DNA of 64,000 nt, taken from contig JBGPGO010000001.1 in NCBI GenBank assembly GCA_041483895.1, positions 160,001 to 224,000 on the forward strand. The letters are read 5' to 3'. The notes beneath the pieces were generated by a model, which was given only the letters and a program-made list of their open reading frames with translations, did no database searches and was not told the origin of the DNA. Of the stretch, positions 10,001-19,200 are shown one piece after another. Position 1 is the stretch's first letter. The number at the start of each line of letters is the position of its first letter. A program made the translations under genes and the position numbers. This stretch comes from Fimbriimonadia bacterium. GTDB lineage: Bacteria > Armatimonadota > Fimbriimonadia > Fimbriimonadales > JABRVX01.

Positions 10001-12289
10001 TCAGCCGCCGAGGTTCCACGATCGAATGATTTGGCCCGTCTCCACGCTCCGCAACTCCGAAAGCTGGCCATCGATCCACCATCCCACGGTGAGGAAGCTC
10101 TTGCTGTCCGGCGCAAAGCCGATGAGGCCGTCGTCGGCGATGTTGAACGTGCCGAGTCGAATAACCTGTTTGCCGGTCTCTAGGTTCCAAAGCGCGCTGC
10201 CGTTGGGACCGACGCCGTTATCGGGGGTTGGATTGAATTTCACCAAGCAGTACCTGCAGTCCGGACTGAGCAATGTTCGGCAGACGGTGCCCGCATTATG
10301 GAGATTGTTCAGCTCCTTGCCCGTCGCGGCGTCCCAGATTCGAATCGTCCCGTCCTCTCCGCCCGTCACGATGCGGCTTCCGTCGTTCGTAAAGTAAGCA
10401 TCAACGACATAACCTGAGTGGCCGACAAATCGTTGTGTTTCTTTCCCGGTGCGGATGTCCCATATCTGCGCAATGCCGTTGAGGGATGCGGTCAAGATGC
10501 TGTGCCCATCCGGGCTGAACACCGCCGTTTCGAATCCACCGGTCCCGTCCTTCTCTGCAATGTCCCGCAATCTCCTGCCTTTCGCCACAACCAACACACG
10601 GACTTTGGAGCACCCATCCATTAGAGCAAGAACGAGCCTTCCGTCATGACTCCATCGCGCCTCGCCGTCTGTATCGGTGGCGATGAGCCGCCCGCGCCGA
10701 GAAGCCACATCCCAAATTCGGATCGCGCCGCCTGTTTCGGTGGTCAAGATGCGCTTGCCGTCAGGACAGAATTGGAGGGTCTCGATCGGGTTTTCCGCGC
10801 CCTCAAGCTGGGCAACCTGCTTACCGTCGTCCGCATTCCACAGCCGCAGTGACCGATCCGTCGACGGCTCCTCCGAACTGGGCTTAGTTCCCCCACTGGC
10901 TGTGGCTATCAGTTTGCCGTCTGGGCTGAACGCGACCGCGCCGTCTTGGGGAGTGCCGCTGCCAGCTAGCGCCGACGTCTTTCCCGTCTCGGTATCACAC
11001 AGGCTGATGCCCTGGAAGCGCGCCTCAAGAACCCGCTTCCCATCCCAGTCGAGCGTGGGATTGAAGCGGGTCTCGCTCCAGCTACTCCCCGCTCGAAAGT
11101 CGTTCGAGACTCGGTTTTCTCTTCCTTGCAGGCCGTACGCATCGTGGGCGATAATGCACCCCGCGCGCATCACCAACCCGGTTTGAGTGTTTCGCATGAC
11201 GGACTTCTGCCACTGACGGCCGAGGGTATAGAAGCTCTTTCCATCCGGCGCGAAACCGACCAGCCCCTCGGTATCCCAGTGATTGAACCGCCGAATCTCC
11301 TTTCCCGTTGCCAAATCCCAAAGTGTCATGCCGAATGGGACCTCAACGCCGTTATTCGGCTCCCAAAGGGCCAGGCAGTATCTGCCGGCGGCGATCGCGA
11401 TCCGGTCCACCGCTCCCGGATTCGGAAGGCTCTGCAACTCTTTTCCTGTCGCCGGATCCCAGATCTTCACCATCTTGTCCCGCGCTCCGGTCACGACCCG
11501 TTTTGCGCCTTCGATAAACTGTGCGTCGTGGACGAACCCACGATGTCCGACGAATCGCCGTATCTCCTTGCCGGTCGTGGCATCCCAAATCTGAGCGATG
11601 CGGTCTGTGGAGGAGGTGAGGATCGTTTTCGCGTCCGGACTGAAAACGGCGGTCTCCATGAAGCCCTGCGGAGTGCGGCAAATCTCTTTTCCCGTCATCG
11701 AATCGTAGACGATGGCGTGAAATCCACCGGCGTTCAGGCAAAGGATCGTCTTGCCGTCCGGGCTGAAGCCGACTGATTTGTTGGACGCGATCGTATTCGG
11801 CGGAGGCTCGATGTCGAGCATCTGCTTCTTCGTGCCGATGTCCCAAACCCGAATCGCGCCGGTGTTATCCGTGCCGACAATTCGCTTGCCGTCTGGGCTG
11901 AAAGCTACCGATTCGACCGTAGCATTGAATCCTTCAAAAACGGCGAGCCGCTTGCCGGTGCGGGCATCCCACACGCGAATCGTAGGATCGGGCGGCATGC
12001 GATTCCATGGAGGCGCTATAAGGCCGCCTACGGCAACCAATCGGGTGTCTGGGCTGAGAGCAACGCAGCTAGTATTTCCTTTGTGGGTATCGAAGCGCCG
12101 AATCAACCGCCCCGTGCCGGCCTCCCACAGAAAAGCGTACGGCCCTCCGCATGTCAGAACCCGCTTGCCATCGTAGGCGTAGAAAGGGCTGAACTGCCCC
12201 GACCATTGGCTTCCCGAATGGCTGACGCTCTGCGCATCGCAACCCAGCGTCCCGATCAAGGCACAAAGACTGAGCGCGAACAGCTTCAC
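10001..12289 (-). CDS. Secreted WD40 repeat protein (two propellers)
   Basis: N-terminal signal peptide and many FSPDG...WD..TG repeats. The two halves are mutually similar. Confidence 0.9.
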   Translation of the reverse strand: MKLFALSLCALIGTLGCDAQSVSHSGSQWSGQFSPFYAYDGKRVLTCGGPYAFLWEAGTGRLIRRFDTHKGNTSCVALSPDTRLVAVGGLIAPPWNRMPPDPTIRVWDARTGKRLAVFEGFNATVESVAFSPDGKRIVGTDNTGAIRVWDIGTKKQMLDIEPPPNTIASNKSVGFSPDGKTILCLNAGGFHAIVYDSMTGKEICRTPQGFMETAVFSPDAKTILTSSTDRIAQIWDATTGKEIRRFVGHRGFVHDAQFIEGAKRVVTGARDKMVKIWDPATGKELQSLPNPGAVDRIAIAAGRYCLALWEPNNGVEVPFGMTLWDLATGKEIRRFNHWDTEGLVGFAPDGKSFYTLGRQWQKSVMRNTQTGLVMRAGCIIAHDAYGLQGRENRVSNDFRAGSSWSETRFNPTLDWDGKRVLEARFQGISLCDTETGKTSALAGSGTPQDGAVAFSPDGKLIATASGGTKPSSEEPSTDRSLRLWNADDGKQVAQLEGAENPIETLQFCPDGKRILTTETGGAIRIWDVASRRGRLIATDTDGEARWSHDGRLVLALMDGCSKVRVLVVAKGRRLRDIAEKDGTGGFETAVFSPDGHSILTASLNGIAQIWDIRTGKETQRFVGHSGYVVDAYFTNDGSRIVTGGEDGTIRIWDAATGKELNNLHNAGTVCRTLLSPDCRYCLVKFNPTPDNGVGPNGSALWNLETGKQVIRLGTFNIADDGLIGFAPDSKSFLTVGWWIDGQLSELRSVETGQIIRSWNLGG

Positions 12290-12386
12290 TACAACTTACT
12301 TCCCCCCGGTGCGCGGAGCCGGCGCACACCACGCTTTAGACGAACGGAGGAGGTGCGGGATACTCTGGAATCGCTGGGAAATTCGA

Positions 12387-12431
12387 TGGTGGTGCATTCT
12401 GGACGCATTTCGAACTTCCGCAAGGCTCTGA
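12387..12431 (+). other. Distal att junction carrying the displaced recombinase 3' end (WWCILDAFRTSARL*)
   Basis: TGGTGGtgcattctGGACgcattTCGAACt resembles the tRNA-side TGGTGGaggctagcGGACTCGAACc. The frame is open to TGA at 12429-12431. Confidence 0.65.
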
Positions 12432-12722
12432 GGCCGGCCGGCAGCAACCTGAGAAATGAGGCTCTGTGGCTATCTTGGCTCGCAAATCGGGACGAAGAAG
12501 CTATCTATGGCCGTCACGGGACACGTTTTCGAGTTGCACGTGCTCGTCAGCGAATGCTAGGCAATGCGGAATGGGCAATCTCGCGGCAGCAGATTTCGCC
12601 GACCGATTGCGACCTTCTGAGCCGCAGTTCGACCTGGCAATGTCCAAATGGTATGCTGAGTTACTCCCGCGTACGGTATTGATGGCCCTTCCGTCCACTT
12701 GGTCCGCTGGTTCAACTGCAAG

Positions 12723-12885
12723 GCTGTCGGCTAGGCTGTCAACTGGGCTGTCAAAATGGGCTCGCCTGACAATTTCCGCGCGGTATCGTGGGGCAATTCC
12801 CTGTTCGATTTTGACCGCCTTGTCGTCCGCACTCCCAAATTGTTGATTTGAAGCGCTGTCGGCTAGGCTGGCAATTGGGCTGTCA
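12723..12885. repeat. Two 31-bp direct repeats, each built of three GCTG(T/G)C units at 12-bp period
   Basis: gctgtcggctaggctgtcaactgggctgtca (12723-12753) vs gctgtcggctaggctggcaattgggctgtca (12855-12885), 29/31 identical. Confidence 0.85.
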
Positions 12886-13022
12886 GATAAACTCTCGGAA
12901 TCGATTTGTTCTCCACCCGCATAACCGGGCGGATTAGAGGAATCTTATGGTCACGTGAAGTAGTGGATGGTATTCTGGCCTACTTCCGGTCGAATCGTCT
13001 TAGAACTCCAGGAGTGAATTGA

Positions 13023-16000
13023 GTGGTATCCGACACCAAACCCGGCTTACCCCGAGTAGGTATGCTGGCCATTATTCGGAATAGACGTGCCGTCGTGGAT
13101 TCCGTCGAGCCCTACGACGGCGCAGGCGGTCGCCTGCATATGGTCCGCCTGGAATACATGGACGCTGACGGCATCCAGAGCGACCAAATCCTTTGGGAGC
13201 GCGAGGTTTCCACAAAGCTCATTGAACCCGCGCAACTCCCGCGAATCTCTCAAGCTGGACCAATGTCTGGAGACAATTTCGATGCGCTGCAGCGAGCAGT
13301 TCGGTGGACCGCCCTAAGTCGATTCGGCGTTGCGGAGGAAGGGACATGCGTGCCTATAGCCGCCCCTCTCTTCGGTTCGATTCAGGTCGAAGATTATCAG
13401 CTTGTGCCGATCGCGAAGGCGCTGGATATGCCGAGGGTATCGCTTCTCCTGGCAGATGATGTGGGTCTCGGCAAGACCGTCGAGGCTGGCATGCTCCTGA
13501 CAGAACTGATCGTCAGACGTCGAATTCAACGCGTGTTGGTGTTGACGCCAGCATCGCTCTGCAGCCAGTGGCAGCAGGAGTTGCTCGAAAAATTCGCCCT
13601 GTCATCCGACCTGGTTGATCGAGCGTCAACCTACTATCTTCAGAAGAGGCTTGGCCTTGACGCCAATCCTTGGAGAACATTCCCTCGCATAATTTCCTCT
13701 TATCACTACCTTCGCCAAGCGGATGTACTGGAGCAGTTTCTCTCAGTGTGCATCGGCCACATGAAGCATGCGCGGATGCCCTGGGATCTATTGATCGTTG
13801 ATGAAGCTCATAACCTGACTCCCTCCGGATTTGGTGACGACAGTGAACTTGCCAAGATGTTGAGGCGTATTGCCCCATATTTCGAACACAAGCTGTTTCT
13901 TACGGCAACACCCCACAATGGCCACACACGCAGCTTCACGGGTCTGTTAGAACAACTCGATCCTGCGCGATTCACTCAAAAGTCCGAGTTCAGCCAATCG
14001 GAGAAAGACCGGATCAAGCAGGTTGTTGTTCGCAGGCTTAAGCACGAGATCATCGAGCAAGATCGTCGGATCGGCCGGATACCGCGTTTCTCCGAGCGCC
14101 ATCTCACGCCTCTCCCATTGTTTCTTGGTTCAGAAGAACAGAGGGTATCGACGGCATTCCGCGAATTTCGGAAAGCAGCTGCGCGCGATCGTTCGGATCC
14201 TGCTTCGTTCGCAATCGAAGTGCTGAACAAGCGATTACTGTCGTGTCCTTATTCATTCGCCGACTCTTGGCACCGGTTCAGAGAAGGTGTCGAACAAGAG
14301 GAAGCCGACCAAAGGGTGGTCATCGCAGCGCGAAGAGCCGCAGAAGAAGAGGTAATCGATGAGCAGGAAGCAGAAATCCGTGTCCGACATGCAGTTAAAG
14401 CAACAGGTGCTTGGTTCAAAGGGCTTGCAGAGATTCACGCGGATCGAATAGGTAATGTGGACGCGGCTCTTATGGCATTGGGGCTGTCACCCGGCGAAGA
14501 TGGCGATGCCAAAGCGCCCAGTTCTGATGCCCGCTTCGACCGCCTTCTAGATCTCATCCGGCAAAGGCTGCGTATAGGCGATACGTGGGTTGAAGATGAA
14601 CGCCTAGTCATCTTCACGGAATACAAGACGACCCTAGACTATGTTGAACGCAGGCTCCGAGAAGAGTTTCCCGACGAACTGCGCATTAGAGTTCTATTTG
14701 GAGGCTTGCCGGAGGAGGTGCGCGACAAGGTCAAGCAGGCCTTCAATGATCCTAACGATCCTGTACGAATCCTAGTTGCAACCGATGTTGCATCAGAGGG
14801 CTTGAACCTTCAGGAGACGGCAAGACTCTTATTGCACTACGACATTCCGTGGAATCCGGCTCGGCTGGATCAGCGTAATGGCCGCCTAGACCGCCACGGC
14901 CAGGCGCGCGACGTGGAGGTCTTCCATTTTACGAGCGACGAAGATGCCGATCTCAAGTTCCTCTCCTACGTCATCGGCAAGGTTAACTCCATTCGCGAAG
15001 ATCTAGGATCCATGGGAGAAGTCTTCGATCGCGCATTTGAGCGCCGTTTCCTCGACAACATCGACGCATCCCTTATTGAGCGTGGCATCGAGGACGGGGT
15101 CCGTGAACGAAAGGACCGAGCTGAGTTCGAACACGATCAGGATCTGGGCGGCGAGGAGCTTAGTGCCGTCGCAAGCTTCAAGGATGAAATTGACCTCAAT
15201 CCTGATACGATACGATGGACAGTGGAAACAGCCCTAGGTATAAAGGTCGGCCTGCCAAGGCTCGAAGACGTCGGAAACGGTCGTTACCGCCTCCTGCAGC
15301 CTCTGCCTGCGCGATGGGAAAACGTACTGGACGATTCAGTGCGAATTAACAGTGGACGCGAACTGGGGCCGCTGCGCCAGCTCCTTTTCGATCCCGAATG
15401 CCTGGTTGAGGTTAGAAGTGGGCGCCCCATTTTCCGGAGTGCAAAGGATACCGTGTTGCTGCATCTCGGACATCCAGTCGTGAAATTGGCACTGGCGACG
15501 ATCGCGCGTGAACGGTTCCCCGGTGCCGCAGACGGACCAACCCAAAGCCGGTGGACCGTCCGGCACGGTGACCTGCCATCCGGCGCAGAGGCTCTTGTTC
15601 TCCTAACGGTCGAAGAGATGGGTGTAAACCTGTTGCGGGAACCTTTTCATCACTGGGTTCGCACACTACGATTTCCTGTCGCCGACGGAACGGTCGGTGA
15701 TCTGCTCCCTCATGTGGCCGCAGCGAAGGACAGACCCGCACCGACTGTCTTGGATGCATCGGCCATTCGTCGCGCTCAGGACATTTGGGATGAGGTAGAG
15801 AGCGAAATTGCCGACAGATTGCAGAAGTACTCAATCGTGCTGAACGACGAAATCTCAGCGAAGATGATCGATGTGCGGCAAGCAGCCCAATCCGACGAAA
15901 AGAAGCGTTTCACCAACCGAATTGCCGAGGTCAAGCAACAAATGTCGGAGACCAAGATCAACACAATCGCCCGCGAGCGAAACAAGCTGATTGCAGAAAT

Positions 16001-16217
16001 GATGCAGGGGGTGCTCTTCGACGAAGATAGACGCATCGCTGAGGAACGGCTGAAGGATTTGGAATCAGAACTCGAGAATCGCCAGCGAAACCTGCGAGGC
16101 CTGTTGGAGTATCTGGAAAATGAGCGCGATCGAGTACTTGATTACGTTGTTCCACAACGGTTTGCCCTAAGGGGCCAGGTTCACGTCTTCCCTGTAACAG
16201 TGGAGATCCGCCTATGA
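13023..16217 (+). CDS. SNF2-family helicase, DISARM DrmD-like
   Basis: LLADDVGLGKT, DEAH, TATPH, ATDVASEGLNLQ, QRNGRLDRHGQ, and a C-terminal coiled coil. Confidence 0.88.
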   Translation: MVSDTKPGLPRVGMLAIIRNRRAVVDSVEPYDGAGGRLHMVRLEYMDADGIQSDQILWEREVSTKLIEPAQLPRISQAGPMSGDNFDALQRAVRWTALSRFGVAEEGTCVPIAAPLFGSIQVEDYQLVPIAKALDMPRVSLLLADDVGLGKTVEAGMLLTELIVRRRIQRVLVLTPASLCSQWQQELLEKFALSSDLVDRASTYYLQKRLGLDANPWRTFPRIISSYHYLRQADVLEQFLSVCIGHMKHARMPWDLLIVDEAHNLTPSGFGDDSELAKMLRRIAPYFEHKLFLTATPHNGHTRSFTGLLEQLDPARFTQKSEFSQSEKDRIKQVVVRRLKHEIIEQDRRIGRIPRFSERHLTPLPLFLGSEEQRVSTAFREFRKAAARDRSDPASFAIEVLNKRLLSCPYSFADSWHRFREGVEQEEADQRVVIAARRAAEEEVIDEQEAEIRVRHAVKATGAWFKGLAEIHADRIGNVDAALMALGLSPGEDGDAKAPSSDARFDRLLDLIRQRLRIGDTWVEDERLVIFTEYKTTLDYVERRLREEFPDELRIRVLFGGLPEEVRDKVKQAFNDPNDPVRILVATDVASEGLNLQETARLLLHYDIPWNPARLDQRNGRLDRHGQARDVEVFHFTSDEDADLKFLSYVIGKVNSIREDLGSMGEVFDRAFERRFLDNIDASLIERGIEDGVRERKDRAEFEHDQDLGGEELSAVASFKDEIDLNPDTIRWTVETALGIKVGLPRLEDVGNGRYRLLQPLPARWENVLDDSVRINSGRELGPLRQLLFDPECLVEVRSGRPIFRSAKDTVLLHLGHPVVKLALATIARERFPGAADGPTQSRWTVRHGDLPSGAEALVLLTVEEMGVNLLREPFHHWVRTLRFPVADGTVGDLLPHVAAAKDRPAPTVLDASAIRRAQDIWDEVESEIADRLQKYSIVLNDEISAKMIDVRQAAQSDEKKRFTNRIAEVKQQMSETKINTIARERNKLIAEMMQGVLFDEDRRIAEERLKDLESELENRQRNLRGLLEYLENERDRVLDYVVPQRFALRGQVHVFPVTVEIRL

Positions 16218-19200
16218 CTACTCTCCGAGGCGACGTCGACCAGCCAAATTGGTGGTCTTCCCTCAAGCACGGCGGTTTGCTTATTGCACCTTCCAAGCTG
16301 ATGGAATGCTTTCCGTATGGCACATTTCCGCTAAGGCGCGACAAGACCGAAGCGTTACGTCGTTCCGTCACGCTTGCACGAGCAGGAGGGAGCGATGCCA
16401 CATCTCGTCTTCTTGATACGGTCTTCGATGAAGTTCTCGGCTTAAGTCCTGACGGCTGGAAGAAGGGCAACGCGGTAGACGCAAGCTGGGGTCACAAGAT
16501 GGCGAATGGGCGAAGTGTTAAGCCGAGACGTATTTGGATGGCACCGAACGGCTGGACCTTCCCTGTCTTTGTCACCGAAGATTCGCAGCGATTGGGAATC
16601 GGCCGCGGTCGCAGGGAGATATCGCTCGTAGTCGAGTGGCTCCGTCGAACAGGCCGCCTGATCGCGCTCATTACGAACGGTGTGCAATGGCGGCTGATCC
16701 ACGCTGGCAGCGATTACGAGGCGTGGTGCGAATGGGATGTAGAGTTCTGGTTTGAATCCGGCAATCCCGCGCCACAGCTCGATGCACTACGAATCCTTCT
16801 GGGATCGGACTCGCTTACTGCAGCGGAACCGGATGAACTTCCGGCTCTTGTTCAAGCGATCCTGGCGTCCCGGCAAGGCCAAGCAGAATTATCCACTTTG
16901 CTCGGGGAACGGGTTCGACAAGCGGTCGAACTCACAATTCGAGAGAGTGCCGGAACCCTTAGGGACCTTGACAATGATGCGGAAACCCGCAGGGCAATTT
17001 ACGTGGCTGCAACTCGCGTAGTAATGCGTTGTGTAGTCGTTTTGTTTGCGGAAGCACGTGATCTTCTGCCTCGAGATAACCCCATCTATCATGGCTCATA
17101 TGGAATCCAAGGATTGCGAGAGCAATTAGATCGACAGGCGGGGGGCAGGGGACACGAGAGATTGCGAGACCGATGCTCAGCATGGCCGCGAATGCTATCG
17201 CTCTTCCGTCTGGTCTACGAAGGATCGGATCACGAAGCCCTACCTGTGTTGAGATATGGTGGCGGCCTCTTCGTGCCTGGTGACAGAAACTCTAAGGACT
17301 TGATTCTGAAGGCGCTCGGTGCATTTGAAGACACACGTAATACTCCCGCGGACGCTACGGTCCATAGAATCCTTGAGCTGCTCTGCCGTAGCAAAGTGAA
17401 AGTCCGTCAGGGGCGAGGCAGTATTTGGGTGGAAGCGCCTGTGGATTTTTCTGACCTCTCATCAGAGTACATCGGCATCCTCTATGAAGGGCTATTGGAC
17501 TATGAGTTAAGGAGGACGGAAGCCGACGAGTCGATTCTTTTCGTGAACGTTGGCGATCAGCCGGCATTGCCTCTTTCGAGATTGGAACAAATGGATGATA
17601 AGACGCTGTCTTCCCTAGTCGAGAAATTCAAGAAGTCAAGAAAATTGGATGGCGAAGACGCCGAAGAAAACGACGACGAAGAAGAGCCATTAGAAGATGA
17701 GGAAAGCGAGGAAGAGCCAGAAGTACCAATCGAAGTGATTCCGGATCAGGACGTCGACGACGGCGATGAAGCGCGTCTTTGTCGTGAACGGGCTCATGCC
17801 TGGGCCATACGAGCCGTTATGGCAGGCAAGCTTGTCGCCAAGCCTCGCGGAAGACTCACTGCGGAATCACAGGCGCGATACGAGCAAGCGGTGGAAGCGG
17901 CCGCTCACGCTTTGGTTACACGGATTGTGCTGCCCGGTGATTGGTTCCTGGTCCGATGGGGTGGAACGAGAAAGGGCGCTGGGACATTCTACACTCGACC
18001 ACAACTTGCTGTGCCAACGACACGTCGAACTCTGCAACCGCTCGCCTATGACCCTTTGCGCAAGGAAATCGACCAACGCTCCGGGCTCGAAATTATCCGT
18101 GAGTGGGCGCCGAAGCTGCCCGAGGAGATCCTCAGCCTAAAGGTTTGTGATCCCGCGATGGGCTCCGGGTCCTTCTTGGTGGCAGCACTCCGGTTTCTGA
18201 CGCAAGCACTTTATGAAAGCCTCTATCATCATGGCCGCATCGAGGCTCACGGCGAAAGTGCTCTGTGCAGACTGGCGGATGGAAAAGACACGAACAGCCT
18301 GCTCGAAGAAACCCTCCCCGTGTCGCCCGACGATCCGGATTTTGAAGAGCGATTGAAGGCAAGGCTCAAACGGTATGTGGTGGAGCGCTGCCTTTACGGG
18401 GTGGACCTCGACCCATTGGCGGTCGAACTGGGCCAAATGGCGCTATGGATCGAGACGATGGACCGCGAACTGCCTTTCGAATTCCTGGATCACAAGCTCA
18501 AGTGCGGCAATTCCCTTGTCGGCTGTTGGTTCGACCGGTTTCTTGATTATCCCGTGCTTGCCTGGAACCGGGAAGGCGGCGACAAGGAACACAGGAACGG
18601 TACGCATTTTGAGAGGGCGGCATGGACAAACGCAATCAAGTCGAAGCGCGAGGCTGTAAAGTCCGACATGGCGCGACTGCTGGGCCAGCCTGAGTTATTT
18701 GCCGAGAACAAGGCTGCACAGTTCGCACTTGAAACTCGGGAGAAAGCGCTGAAGGACGTCGAGTATGTCCACAGCCTATCCATCGGCGATGAGGACACAC
18801 GATCCCAGGCCTACAAGGATCTTTTCCACGGAAGTCAAGCGATAATGCGTCTTCGCCGTGACCTCGACACCTGGTGTGCGATCTGGTTCTGGCCTTCGGA
18901 CAAGCTCGCGGATGCACCGATGCCACTGTCGCAGTTCAAACCTGTCTCCGAGACAAATCTCATCGTCGAGGATATTGCGAGGGTTCATCGCTTCTTCCAC
19001 TGGGAGTTGGAGTTTCCGGATGTTTTTCGCAGCAATGGCTCAGGCTTCGATGCGGTCGTTGGAAATCCGCCTTGGGAGACGCAAAAGCCGAATTCCAAAG
19101 AGTTCTTCTCCAACCATGACCCACTCTATCGATCGTACGGCAAACAAGAAGCCATCGGAAAACAGAGAGAGTTGTTCACAGAGACGTCCGAAATAGAGAA

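Noticed and set aside
12723..12885. CRISPR array
   Set aside because: Only two copies with a 101-bp gap and no cas genes. No CRISPR array was seen anywhere in the window.
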